Shown: piece by piece, positions 11,411-22,729 of the stretch
Layout of the letters: every line of letters begins with the position of its first letter
Numbering within the stretch: the stretch's first letter is position 1
Assembly: GCA_032718475.1 (NCBI GenBank)
Contig: JAUCBJ010006754.1
Location: 1 to 34,827, forward strand
Reading direction: 5' to 3'
Length of the DNA: 34,827 bases
Origin: Nemertoderma westbladi
Taxonomy: Eukaryota > Animalia > Xenacoelomorpha
The notes under the pieces: model-generated
The model's input: only the letters and a program-made list of their open reading frames with translations
Told to the model about the DNA's origin: nothing
The model's database searches: none
Made by a program: the position numbers and the translations under genes

Positions 11411-14400
11411 TTAAGTATTCTGTACTTTTCGGTTTGCGGTTCCGTTGTAAATCAATCGTTCCGAACACTTCGGGTTCATGGAGGGCTCGCCAAAACTGAA
11501 TCGTCGGTTGGAAGGTCGGGGACCGCCCATTGGATAGCCGTTGAGGGGACGCTGGCCTCCCATTGGGAAACTGTTGACGTGTCGCTGACCCCCCATTGGG
11601 TAACCGTTAGGTCGGTCAGACAGCACAGCGTTGCTATGGCGACGCGGTCGCCAATGCAGAGCTTGTTGATGTTGATTTGAATCATACCGATATGGCATCC
11701 CATTGTGCGAATCCCACCCATTTGCTTGTCGTTTATCTTTACTCCGACTTCTAGACCCACCCATTGACTTATTGCAACTCCCCCATACTCCCTTCTCGCT
11801 CCCTCCCGCCTCACTCCCGCCTCCAATGTCCATCTCCCTACCGCCCACATTCGCATTCCAATCAGTAACTTCCCCCCAACCCGCTGCTACCCCCTTCATA
11901 TTTCCTCCAGTTTCCTCCATATGTCCCCCACTACCCCCTACATTATTCCCCCCACTACCCCCTACATTATTTCCCCCACTGCCCCCTACATTATTCCCCC
12001 CACTGCCCCCTACATTATTCCCCCCACTGCCCCCTACATTATTCCCCCCACTGCCCCCTACATTATTCCCCCCACTGCCCCCTACATTATTACCCCCACT
12101 GCTCCCTATATTATTCCCCCCACTACCCCCCACATTAGGCTCAGATGAAGTAGCTGTCAACGTCTTCCTATTGACTGCAGCTCGATGGCGTCGCTTCTTT
12201 GACTTTTTGGGAGTCGAGCTGAATAAAACTCCAGCTGTGGTGAGTTTCTCGGGATATTCCGAGTTTTCCTTCATAACATTAACAACAGATACGTTTAACT
12301 GCCCATCACTGACACGGCGAGAGTGACCAGGGAAACCCTTTCCTTCCTTATCCAGACTGGATACCTGCCCGTAATTAACGGTGGTACCTGGTCCTGCAAT
12401 TTGGGTTTGATGAGGGCCGGGCATCGGTTTGGTAACGCGTCGCGCAAAGCGAACACATATTAGGAACGCGAAAAATACAGACGCAATTTGAACCGCAATG
12501 AAAACGCATTGCTGCTTGTATATAAAATCGTGCATATCTTCGATGTCATTGGCTCCAGTGTCGGCCAATAAGCGCAGCTTATAGACCTCCTCCCGAAGCT
12601 CGTCTATACGATCGGTCTGGTCCGCCATCGCTTCTCTCTCATTGGATATCTTGGCATCCAATACATTGCGGGTTTGATCTAACATCCTCTGTAGGTCGTC
12701 GATTTGTTTGTTGTAGTTCTGCCGCAGTTCCTCCAGGTATAACGTACTCAACGTGTGGTTCACCTCCAGATCCCGCACACGATTCTTCAATCTCATCATC
12801 ATATTTTCCTTCTGATTTGACGTTGACGAAGTGATGACTGTCGCTCCCCCCTCAGCCTGAGAGTTGCTCCCTGTCTCCTTAGGAGCAATAGAACTTCCGC
12901 TATCTATATCAGCAGCAGGACTCTCAACTGGTTCCTTAGAACCATTTCTTTCAACAGGTTCTCTGGCAGAAATGCCCTCATGAGGTTCATCTAACCCAAT
13001 ATTATTCCTATTACCGCTAATATCAGCTGATTGCTCCTTACTAACAGCTGACTGCTCCTTACTTCCAGCTGACTGCTCCCTATTACCAGCTGCCTGTTCT
13101 CTACTACCAGCTGACTGCTCCTTACTACCAGCTGGCTGCTTCTTACTACCAGCTGGCAGCTCCCTATTACCATCTGACTGCTCCCCACCTCCAGCTGACT
13201 GCTCCCCACTTCCTCCCGACTTTGTTCCACTGCTCCCAACCGGTTCCGTATCGCTACCAACTGCTACCCCCTCCTTAGAACCACCCACTCCCATCCTGCT
13301 ATCGACCCCATTACCCGCTGCCTCATTCACCTCGCGACTATCCCCCGATTCGATTACCACACCTCCAGCACCTGCCATCCCCTCGCTGTCGGAGATAGAA
13401 GTCTGAGTATCTTTCCCGTCTGACCCGGCTAAATTGTTCGACTGAGTGGCCAAATTCTCCGGGACTTCTGTCCCTTCAACATTGGCGGCTCGAATGGGCT
13501 CGGTAGATTCGCCTACCGGCTGACCTGATAGTGGTGGGGAATTAGTACCGCGATCAGATAGCGGAAGGCCGAGTATTGGATCATCTGAAACCTCGCAATC
13601 GCTGCGAGGTTCGGAATGCGAAACGATATCACCAGCTAACTCAGTCGTAAGAGTTTCACCAACTTCCTCCCCCGCTGCTCCACCTGACGTAGAACTTTTA
13701 CCGCCCTCGCTAGATTCACCATCCGTTTCTCCCACTTTAGTATCGACCCCGTTGGTATCTCCATCTCTACTGTAGACACCATCGCCCTCCAAGTCCACCA
13801 CGATCAGCGGAACCTCCACCACTTCGCGACCGTGGCGTTCCAGTCTAACCGACTCCAAACAGCACCAGACGTTGGCGACCCCGACTAGCGCCTCGAGGAT
13901 GCAGACCCCGTCGTTGACGCAGATCCCCGGCTCGCAGGCCGTCGCTTCCTCCAGATAATCCTCAACTCCTCGAGGTTTACCTCGCGGAATAGCGACGACC
14001 CTCGGAACTTCCGGGAACCTCCCGGCGCCACCGTCCGTGGTTCCTTCCGACGGAGCGTCCGTCACTGCGGCGGACCCCGGAACCACGTCCGCGCGCGGAA
14101 CAGCCGGTAACACCTCCCGTTCCTCCGTGGCGTTCCGCACATCCTCGCACGGTTTCTCCTCGGTCTCGGAAACCGGCGGGCCCACGAATATCTCCCGAGT
14201 CTTCTTATAGACCGCGGTGATCGCGGCCCTCGCGCTGCTCAGAATAGTCGACCCGGGGAGGCCGTTCTGCTCTACCGGTTCCACTACCGGAACAGGAGTG
14301 ACGTCACTCAGGTTGGTGACGTCACCGACGGTTGGAGGCGAGTCGATGTGAGCCTCTTCGTCGTCCTCCACCAGACTCACCCCAAACACCCGTATCAGAC

Positions 14401-15694
14401 TGAGCGGGCAGTAATGCTCGTTGCTATAATGACTGAGCATCTCTACCTTCATGTACTTAGCGAATATAGTGTTCTCAGTGGGGAACGACTGAACAACACG
14501 TTCTTCGCGCGCCTCGAAAGAACCGGAGGGAACCCACTCCCTGGCCGGGAACCGCTCGGAAAGCGACACGGAAACCTCTTTGGGAACCGATGAAAACAAC
14601 TCGAAACTCGCCAAATCGACCTGCTTCACCTGAACCGGTTCGCACAGCTCGATAACGAACCATTGTTTCGCACTGCACGGGTTCAGTAGGTACTCGTCCT
14701 TACTCTCGGTCAGGACCTTCCCGGTGCTTTGAGCCTCTGGGTTGGCTTCAATAACCTTGGCACCGCAGTCCTGGGACGCGTAGTTGTTCAGATTGATGGG
14801 AATAGAGCGAACCGGCAGTACGATTGTCTTACTGCTCTCCGTTTCGCTTTGGGTGGCTTTCTCATCTTTCCTACGTTCCTTCCATTCATCGAAGGACACC
14901 ATCTCGGGTTCACTCGCTTTCACAGCCACATTAATTGTAGAGTCGACATCGGGTTCAGCATCCACATGATTAGGGACTTCTTCTGTTTCAAGGATTAAAT
15001 CATCAGGGTTTCTTGCACTGCTATCACCGACCTCAGGTCGGTCGTCAGGTTTCGGATCAACTATTATTTCTGTTACGGAGTCCGGTTGAGTCGAATCATT
15101 ATCATATTCATCAATAGGAACGGCTTCCTTCGCATGGTCCAAATCCATGACATCAATGGAATCTTTAACTTTTTCAAAATTACCTTCTTCAGTTATTACC
15201 GGCACTTCTCCCTCATTATTGCTGGCCATTTTGGTTGGAGTTTCCTTCTCGGGTTCCAGCTTAGAAACGACACTCCTCCCAGGCGTATGTGTCGCAGCGT
15301 TTATTGGGTCGTGGATATCAGCATTTGTCGGTTTCGTGTCGGGAACTGCTGTCCCTGGACGGTGTGCGGGTGGAACTTGGTGATGTTCCGCGGGCGCAGC
15401 CGGATGCAGTTCACGATCTTCCCAATCTTTATGAGGATCCGCGTCTCTGTTATCTGTAGGAACATCGTACTCGCCTTGTCTCGCTGGTTTAGGCAGTAAA
15501 CGGGCATCATTTGGAGAAGGAGGGGGCAAATTTAAATTACCGGTAACAGTTCCAATATGAGCGTTTTTCAAACTTTCTGTATTAAAATTATGGTCAACTT
15601 CGCGATCCCGATCATCATTTGATTCACCATGGACTTGGTAGAGTTTAATAACAAAACATAAAATAATTAAAACTATTGCAAAAATATTACCCAT
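11411..15694 (-). CDS. SUCO: SUN domain-containing ossification factor (SUCO/Slp1-like mid-SUN protein), single exon, 1427 aa
   Basis: Signal peptide; SFDEWK motif; SUN domain NYASQDCGAKVIEANPEAQ...KDEYLLNPCSAKQWFVIELCEPV...FELFSS...HYCPLSLIRVFG; coiled coil KENMMMRLKNRVRDLEVNHTLSTLYLEEL; TM helix CVFIAVQIASVFFAFLICV; low-complexity tail. Confidence 0.93.
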   Translation of the reverse strand: MGNIFAIVLIILCFVIKLYQVHGESNDDRDREVDHNFNTESLKNAHIGTVTGNLNLPPPSPNDARLLPKPARQGEYDVPTDNRDADPHKDWEDRELHPAAPAEHHQVPPAHRPGTAVPDTKPTNADIHDPINAATHTPGRSVVSKLEPEKETPTKMASNNEGEVPVITEEGNFEKVKDSIDVMDLDHAKEAVPIDEYDNDSTQPDSVTEIIVDPKPDDRPEVGDSSARNPDDLILETEEVPNHVDAEPDVDSTINVAVKASEPEMVSFDEWKERRKDEKATQSETESSKTIVLPVRSIPINLNNYASQDCGAKVIEANPEAQSTGKVLTESKDEYLLNPCSAKQWFVIELCEPVQVKQVDLASFELFSSVPKEVSVSLSERFPAREWVPSGSFEAREERVVQSFPTENTIFAKYMKVEMLSHYSNEHYCPLSLIRVFGVSLVEDDEEAHIDSPPTVGDVTNLSDVTPVPVVEPVEQNGLPGSTILSSARAAITAVYKKTREIFVGPPVSETEEKPCEDVRNATEEREVLPAVPRADVVPGSAAVTDAPSEGTTDGGAGRFPEVPRVVAIPRGKPRGVEDYLEEATACEPGICVNDGVCILEALVGVANVWCCLESVRLERHGREVVEVPLIVVDLEGDGVYSRDGDTNGVDTKVGETDGESSEGGKSSTSGGAAGEEVGETLTTELAGDIVSHSEPRSDCEVSDDPILGLPLSDRGTNSPPLSGQPVGESTEPIRAANVEGTEVPENLATQSNNLAGSDGKDTQTSISDSEGMAGAGGVVIESGDSREVNEAAGNGVDSRMGVGGSKEGVAVGSDTEPVGSSGTKSGGSGEQSAGGGEQSDGNRELPAGSKKQPAGSKEQSAGSREQAAGNREQSAGSKEQSAVSKEQSADISGNRNNIGLDEPHEGISAREPVERNGSKEPVESPAADIDSGSSIAPKETGSNSQAEGGATVITSSTSNQKENMMMRLKNRVRDLEVNHTLSTLYLEELRQNYNKQIDDLQRMLDQTRNVLDAKISNEREAMADQTDRIDELREEVYKLRLLADTGANDIEDMHDFIYKQQCVFIAVQIASVFFAFLICVRFARRVTKPMPGPHQTQIAGPGTTVNYGQVSSLDKEGKGFPGHSRRVSDGQLNVSVVNVMKENSEYPEKLTTAGVLFSSTPKKSKKRRHRAAVNRKTLTATSSEPNVGGSGGNNIGSSGGNNVGGSGGNNVGGSGGNNVGGSGGNNVGGSGGNNVGGSGGNNVGGSGGNNVGGSGGHMEETGGNMKGVAAGWGEVTDWNANVGGREMDIGGGSEAGGSEKGVWGSCNKSMGGSRSRSKDKRQANGWDSHNGMPYRYDSNQHQQALHWRPRRHSNAVLSDRPNGYPMGGQRHVNSFPMGGQRPLNGYPMGGPRPSNRRFSFGEPSMNPKCSERLIYNGTANRKVQNT
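11925..12136 (-). repeat. Coding 24-bp minisatellite (~9 units) encoding NNVGGSGG in the SUCO C-terminal tail
   Basis: Tandem CCCCCACTGCCCCCTACATTATTC units on the + strand. Confidence 0.95.
13025..13215 (-). repeat. Coding 21-bp minisatellite encoding (E/K)QSAGS(K/R)-type heptads in SUCO
   Basis: Repeated CCAGCTGACTGCTCC-type units; protein EQSAGGGEQSDGNRELPAGSKKQPAGSKEQSAGSREQAAGNREQSAGSKEQSAVSKEQSA. Confidence 0.85.
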
Positions 15695-16134
15695 GACCAG
15701 TCAGACAAACCATTACCAGATTACCATTTACAATGTTACATGTCCTGATTGTAAAACAGTAAAAGCGTACCGTTACCGGTACGTGATTCGATTTACATTC
15801 AGACATTCAGTCTATCCTATGTCCTACAGTCCTTCTTATACAGCTATATACTGCTATATATATATATATATCAGGGCAGCAGGGGCAGGGGCAGGGCTAT
15901 CACAGTTAATCAGAAGACCAGTTCTGCAGTTACTACTGTCTGACTGTACTACGTACTACAGTACTAGTCCATGGCACATGGTCCATACTGCCATAGCCTG
16001 CTAGTCCAGTCAGGACTCAGCCAGTGTGCCACGGTGCATGTAGTCCAGTAGTCTGTTAGAAGTTGAGCCAAATTTACGGTACCGGTCTTTAGTGCTTAGC
16101 ACTGTAGCAGCTTGCCGGTCACCGGACTCCAGTT

Positions 16135-16230
16135 GCGGTGAACACTAGACAATACTACGGCATTTTGATTAGCGGTGAATATAATTAATACTACAGTATT
16201 TTGAATAGAGGTGAACATTGAATAATATTT
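16135..16230. repeat. ~37-bp minisatellite, left part (interrupted by the LINE)
   Basis: Units of AATACTACGG(T/C)ATTTTGATTAG(A/C)GGTGAA; the same units resume at ~20965-21280. Confidence 0.8.
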
Positions 16231-16407
16231 GATGATACTGATGATTGCTGAGATGACTGTTGCAGATGATACTGACGATTGCTGAGTGCTGAGATGACTG
16301 CATGGCCTATTCTGACACCGTACCGCGTACCACTAACCAAACCAAATACTGGTATTAGCTGAAATTATAATTTATGTTTATATGTACCGTTATTGAGTTG
16401 CTGTGTT

Positions 16408-17790
16408 ATGGCTTCGAATCAGGTACTGGTAAAAACTAAAACTAAAACTAATGGAACTTCAAAAACGCGACAATCAGTTGGCTCGACCTCGATTGCAAGA
16501 AATTCTAACAGTTTCTCTTTGTTGAGTCAGTCTACGGGTGACGAAGACGAAGAGTGTGCGACTTGTCATAAGCGAGTAATCCACAACGGCCTACAGTGTC
16601 ACCAGTGTGGGAATTGGGAACACTCCAATCACTCGAAAATCCCTGCAAATGTCTACAATCTTCTGGGGACTCTGGATTGTTTAGTATATCTTTGCATATC
16701 ATGCCGAAAACTTCCAGTGACTTCATCCAAAACTAGAACTATCACTACCGTTGACTCTAAGCTGGATGCATTGTGTACCCAACTTGGAGACCTGCAGAAG
16801 TTCCTACTTGGCCACAATGACCATGATGCCAAGTTGGATTCACCTGCAACTCCTGAGGATGAAGACAGTAATACGAAATCAACTGAGGCAGCTTCCTCCT
16901 GGAAGAAACAACAATCTCGCAATAATAATAAGAGAAAGAAACCCTCAGTTACAGTCCAGTCCAATGAGGATAGCTCCATGGCCACTCCTCTGCGCGCACA
17001 TAACCTAGAGGAGAAAATACAAGTATGTGTGGAAAATGCCTTGAGATCTAACGCACAATCCCAAGAAGTAGCAAAGACTGTCTATGTTGAGAACATGCCA
17101 GACTCTGACAGCAAGGACGCTGAAAATGCGTACTTCACCCGGGTGCTAAATCATATTAACTGTAGTTCAGTGAAATCCCTTAATCTTCGGCGACTCAAGA
17201 AATCCCAAATACAGAGGAATCCGGGATTGGTTGAAGTGACATTTTCGACTTCTCCTGAAGCTGATTTGGTGCTCTCTAAGTGTCGTACTCTATCTTCAAG
17301 CAATGAATTCAAACGAATTTTCATTCGGCCAGACATATCCTCCAGTGCTAGGCAACATAGAGATATTCTTCGAGCCCACGTATATCTCTCCAGGATTTCG
17401 CCATCTGCGATGCAATCTGCGCATCAGCTATCAGTAGTTTATGATTCGCGCGATGGAACCTACTCACTCCGAACAAGACAGGACACTGGAAAAATTGATT
17501 GGAGTTCTAGAGTCCAGTTGAACGAGGCAGAGTATCTTGCTGCCAAACATCATGTCGAAACCCGACGTAAAACTCCAACAGCTAGGAAATCTGTTGGAAA
17601 TACAACAGTACCAAGGAAATCAGGGACAACTGCGCATTACAACATTCCCATACCAATGGTATCTAGTCCCCAGGTCTCTAGAATCTCTGACGTCTCTGTC
17701 TCTCAGGAATCTGAAACCCCAGGGGATGTATCTGGTAGTCGATCTCCTGATCAATCGGAAAACGGGAACACGGAGACATCACATATTTAG
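16408..17790 (+). CDS. LINE ORF1 protein with PHD-type zinc finger, coiled coil and RRM-like region
   Basis: CATC...CHQC.NWEH..H...CISC finger; VYVENMPDS...PGLVEVTF...IFIRPDIS typical of CR1/L2 ORF1. First ATG at 16408 (ORF track starts at TTG 16393). Confidence 0.85.
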   Translation: MASNQVLVKTKTKTNGTSKTRQSVGSTSIARNSNSFSLLSQSTGDEDEECATCHKRVIHNGLQCHQCGNWEHSNHSKIPANVYNLLGTLDCLVYLCISCRKLPVTSSKTRTITTVDSKLDALCTQLGDLQKFLLGHNDHDAKLDSPATPEDEDSNTKSTEAASSWKKQQSRNNNKRKKPSVTVQSNEDSSMATPLRAHNLEEKIQVCVENALRSNAQSQEVAKTVYVENMPDSDSKDAENAYFTRVLNHINCSSVKSLNLRRLKKSQIQRNPGLVEVTFSTSPEADLVLSKCRTLSSSNEFKRIFIRPDISSSARQHRDILRAHVYLSRISPSAMQSAHQLSVVYDSRDGTYSLRTRQDTGKIDWSSRVQLNEAEYLAAKHHVETRRKTPTARKSVGNTTVPRKSGTTAHYNIPIPMVSSPQVSRISDVSVSQESETPGDVSGSRSPDQSENGNTETSHI

Positions 17791-17795
17791 GAACA

Positions 17796-20668
17796 ATGAG
17801 AAATGAAACACCTAATTGTACAAGCGATTATCTTTGCTACTACACAAATGTCCAATCCCTCGGGAGTGTTGCTAAACAATCTGAGCTTGATGTTATGCTA
17901 TCTTCTTGTAAATACTCTGTCATTGGACTAACTGAAACTGATCTACACCCACCAACCCCAGACTCTGCTGTTCTAGGTGTCTATCAAGATGTCTACGAGA
18001 TATTCCGTTGCGATCGATCTGACCGTTCTATGGGTGGAGCAGCACTAATCTGCAAACGGTCTCTCCAACCCTTAGAGGTACAAATTCCTGAGAAGTTTAG
18101 CGAAGTCGAATGCGTCATTCTCGACAGCAACGCGGGTGATAAAGTGCGATTTGCCTGTATATACAGGCCACCTGATACGTGTTACAAGGATAGAACCTCG
18201 TTGTATAGATACAATAGTTTAACATGTAGTTTAATGGATTGGTTATGTGATGTTGCACACCCTACTATTATTGTAGGGGATTTTAATTATCCGGATTTTA
18301 ATTGGTCCGATCGCGGCAATAATGGAGGTGTTATTACTTCGGAATTTAGTGAAGTTTTGATACGTAATAATTTAACTCAATAAATTGATTTCCCTACAAG
18401 GGGAAACAATATTCTCGATCTCCTTCTCTGTTCAGATGAGGATCAAATTTTTAATGTAAATAGTGAACCGCATTTTGGAAGTAGTGATCACTCTGCCTTT
18501 TCTTTTAATTTAGCATGTGCGTCACTGATTGAAGAAAGTCAATCTGGCACACATTTTTGCTTTCGTAAAATGGACCTTCTAGGCATTAAGTCACACTTAG
18601 AAAGTATTGATTGGAATAACTTATTCAGTAATGGTAACTCTGCTCAATCATGTTGGGACGAGTTCCATGGTGAATTATTATCAGCTTTTGACCGTTTTGT
18701 ACCTAAGTTTACACCTAGTAGAAACCCCCGCAGGCACCCTCTGCACATCCGAAGACTGTTAGCTAGAAAGCGGCGCCTCTGGAGGAAAAGAACTTCAACT
18801 CCAAATGGCACCTCGATTTATCGCGAACATAGTCAACGTTGTTCAGCAGCTATGCGGGAATTTTCTTGTAAACAGGAAGTTAATGTGCTAAATTGTGGTG
18901 ACAGAAATGCATTCTATAAATATGTTAATAAGAGAAAACAGGGTTATAGTTCAGTATCGCCCCTTCTAAAGTCAGATGGTACCACTGCTCTATCAGATTC
19001 TGATAAGGCCGAATGCCTCAGTGAACAATACTCCTCGGTTGGTGTTGATGATAACAAGTCATGCCCCACTGTAAACGCAATTACTGACTCTGTTTTCTCA
19101 GAAATTAATTTCTCTCCAAGTAAGGTGTGTAAAGCCCTAAGTAAACTGCCAGCTAAATATAGTCACTGCCCTGATGGCATCCCTGCGGCAATTCTTAAAC
19201 TACTGAGATGTGAAATAGCATATCCACTAAGTTATCTTTTCCAAGTTTCACTAGATACTGGAGAAGTACCAGATATTTGGAAATGTGCGGATATAATTCC
19301 GAGTTTTAAAAAAGGTAAACGCAATATAGCTGGAAATTATCGCCCTATTTCACTGACCTCAGCAGTTTGCCGTTTATTTGAACGCATTTTGGTGCTAGAA
19401 ATGGTTGATTATCTTTTACAGAATAACCTTTTATCTGCTCAACAATTTGGATTTTTACGTAACCGTAGTACGATTTTGCAGTTAATTGATTGTACTTTTC
19501 ATTGGTCAAATAATTTAAATAACCAGCAATTTACTGATATTGTATATATAGACTATGCTAAGGCATTTGATTCTGTCGTCACTACCAAGTTATTAGAAAA
19601 AATGAATCGTTTGGTATTTCTGGTAAAGTGCTTAGCTGGTTTAAATGCTTTTTAACCGGTCGTATCCAAAGGGTCAAGGTTCGTAATAGTTACTCATCCT
19701 ACCGGAGAGTTATATCAGGGGTACCACAGGGGTCCTGTAGTGGGCCGCTGCTATTTCTTATGTTTGTCAATGATATGCCAGGTATATTTACAGAGGAGAC
19801 CAGTGCTAGACTGTTCGCTGATGACACAAAATTATTTGCATCATTTGGTTATAGTGACGATCGTAACTTATTACAATCGAACCTGGATACATTTTCGAAC
19901 TGGTCCAATACCTGGCAACTTAACGTTGCAGGTGACAAATGCAAGGTGCTTACTTTAGGTAACTGTAATTGTGGTGCTAACTATAATATAAACATGAAGG
20001 TGTTAGAAAATGTTCTATCCTATCGTGATCTAGGTGTTGAAGTAGATACGAAACTTTATTTTAAGGACCACATAGATAATATAGTAGCCAAATGCTATAA
20101 AACAATTAATCTAATATTTAGATGCTTTGTTACCAATGATATCAGTGCTCTTCTATTTGCCTACAAAGTTTATGCTAGACCACTCGTAGAGTATGCAAGT
20201 GCAGTGTGGAACCCATTTATATCTTGTAAGCCCTTTATTGGCTTATGTGACAAACTGGAATCGGTGCAGCGATACTTCACAATGCGTTTATTTAAGAGGT
20301 GCTCACTAGATGCAAGTATTCCATATCCAAACAGGTTAAACTTTCTAAAATTAGAAGCACTAGAACTGTGCCGTATCCACTTTGATGTGATCCTTGTGTA
20401 TAAAATATTTAATGGTCTAGTAAATATTAGTCCTACTGATATTTTTAAACCCATACCTGCATCACAATCAACACGCGGCCACACATGTAAATTACAACAA
20501 TTATCGTGCCGATCAGTAGCTGTACAAAATACTTTCTGTAATCGTGTTGTGAAGCCATGGAATTATATTCCCTTAGATACAATAACATCACCTACTTTAG
20601 AACAATTTAAGTCTGGTATATCTGCAATGAATTTTAATAGTTTTCTTAAATTTGATCGTTTTATGTAA
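17796..20668 (+). pseudogene. LINE ORF2 (apurinic endonuclease + reverse transcriptase), disrupted by one in-frame stop and one frameshift
   Basis: APE motifs YTNVQSL, IGLTET, IYRPP, VGDFN; TAA at 18381-18383 then in-frame IDFPTRGNNILDL...SSDH; RT motifs YRPISLTS, QQFGF, YIDYAKAFDSV; frameshift near 19597-19610; SGVPQGS, LFADDTKL, YRDLGV, RPLVEYASAVWNP, STRGH. Confidence 0.93.
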
Positions 20669-20964
20669 CTACACTTTTAAATGGTATTTTATGTTTAACT
20701 AAAGTTTTATTTAATTCTGCTCAAGATGCATTCAGATCTTATTTTATTCTGTTATTTTATGTACTAAATATTATTTACATACAGTACTTACTTACTTTAC
20801 TTTCGTGCCATAGCATAAGTCGCTCAGCTGTATTACTGTTTATTTTAATGTGTTACCTGTTTATGTTATATTTTAATGTGTACTTTCGCTGCTATGACCG
20901 TGATGTCTCCGGACTCCGAATAATATAATATAATTGATATTTGATTGATAATATTTGATTTGTG

Positions 20965-21280
20965 GTATTTTGATTAGCGGTGAATATAATTAATACTACA
21001 GTATTTTGATAGAGGTGAACATTGAATAATACTACGGCATTTTGATTAAACAGAGGTGAATATGTTTAATACCACGGTATTTTGATTAGAGATGAATATA
21101 AGTAATACTACGGTATTTTGATTAGAGGTGAACACTGAAAAATACAACCTGACAACGGTATTTTTATTAGAGGTGAATAAACTAAGACTAGTAGGCCTAC
21201 AGATTAACACTACGGTATTTTGCTTAGAGGTGAACATGATTAATACAGTACTGTACTACAGTATATTGAATAGTGATCAA
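20965..21280. repeat. ~37-bp minisatellite, right part
   Basis: About 7-8 degenerate units of AATACTACGGTATTTTGATTAGAGGTGAA. Confidence 0.85.
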
Positions 21281-21607
21281 TACTACGGCGATTAATACCA
21301 AATACCAGGATATTTCAACCTTACTGCCTTATGTTATTATTTCGTCCAATTAAAAAATTTGTATATTATGACTAGGGCTCAACAGAAGCTTCGGCTTCGG
21401 TTCGGTTCGGGCCGAAGTTTGGCAATTTCGGTTCGGTTCGGCTTCTGCAATTGATACTGCAGAAGCCCGGAGCAAACTTTGCTAAATATTCCAAGTATTA
21501 CATTGACTGATTGAGCTAAGACCAGAAGACAGTAAGACTAATCAATCTGTCCATCGTTGTACTAATTAATTTTGGAGTGTAAACTTTAAGCAGACTCTGG
21601 GGCAGAG

Positions 21608-22042
21608 CAGACAGTGGTGCAGACAATGGTGCAGACATTGATGCAGACAGTGGTGCAGACACCTGGTGCAGACAGTGGTGCACGCACTGGTGCAGAGAGT
21701 GGTGCAGATAGTGGTGCAGACATTGGTGCAGACAGTGGTACAGACAGTGGTGCAGACACTGGTGCAGACAGTGGTGCAGACAGTGGTGCAGACACTGGTG
21801 CAGACAGTGGTGCAGACAGTGGTGCAGACAGTGGTGCAGACAGTTGTGCAGACACTGGTGCATACACTTGTGCAGACAGTGGTGCAGACAGTGGTGCAGA
21901 CAGTGGTGCAGATACTGGTGCAGACACTGGTGCAGACAGTTAAGCAGACAGTGGTGCAGACACTGGTGCAGACACTGGTGCAGACATTGGTGCAGAGACA
22001 GTGATGCAGACAGTGGTGCAGGCAGACACTGGTGCAGACAGT
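21608..22042 (+). repeat. 12-bp satellite array (GGTGCAGACAGT/GGTGCAGACACT), outer element
   Basis: Visible tandem 12-mers. Confidence 0.95.
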
Positions 22043-22635
22043 AAAGGGGCGAGCAGGTTAGTAAAGGAGCAGGTTTCAGAGGAGTATTGGGGGAACCAAA
22101 ACAATAAACGTTATATTGTTTTGCGGGCTAAGAATACCCAAGGGCTAAGAATACTCGCGCGCTAAGAATTCCTGAGACCTTACTGTAGTTAGTGAATGTA
22201 TATCCCCAGCATGAGACAATAACTTAATGGGCTCGTTTTATTATACAGTAATAAGCAGTGGCTCCAGTAAAGGTAAACAAATTAAACATACTCTGTATAA
22301 AGTAGGTCATGCAAAAACAATCAAACACTGTCGCTTAAACCTAATCCCCTTTGAGACATTGCTGCTTACAATTTATAGACATTATTGTTAATATGAAAAC
22401 GGGAATACCGATTAATTACTTTCGTACACACCTCTTATAATTATTTGTAACCAGGGCACATTCACCCGCACGCACCCCGACTTGTACTACATACGTCCTC
22501 CATACTTCATGTAGAACCTTTCAGTAGTTACTCGCATATTTTGTAGATAATGAAGTCTATGATAAAATATAATATAATTATGCCTGGTGGTATTGTGTTT
22601 CGTGGTACTCTGGTATTTCAGTATTTTCACTCAGG

Positions 22636-22729
22636 TGTCTGCACCACTGTCTGCACCAGTGTCTGCACCACTGTCTGCACCTCTGTCTGCACCACTGTCC
22701 GCATCAGGTGTCTGCACCACTGTCTGCAC
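22636..22729 (-). repeat. 12-bp satellite array, inverted orientation, outer element (left of nested insertion)
   Basis: GTCTGCACCACT tandem units. Confidence 0.9.

Larger units (their letters stand above)
16234..20935 (+). mobile_element. Near full-length CR1/L2-group LINE retrotransposon
   Basis: Short 5' UTR with GATGATACTGA/TTGCTGAG repeats, ORF1, ORF2 five bases downstream of the ORF1 stop, AT-rich 3' UTR ending in (AATAT)n. Boundaries approximate. Confidence 0.92.

Noticed and set aside
11405-15510. Antisense and alternative-frame ORFs over SUCO, including the Pro-rich 207-aa ORF
   Set aside because: Shadows of the SUCO coding sequence and its 24-bp repeat.
18381-19610. Programmed stop read-through or frameshifting in LINE ORF2
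   Set aside because: CR1/L2 ORF2 is normally continuous; simple mutation or a homopolymer sequencing error explains both lesions.
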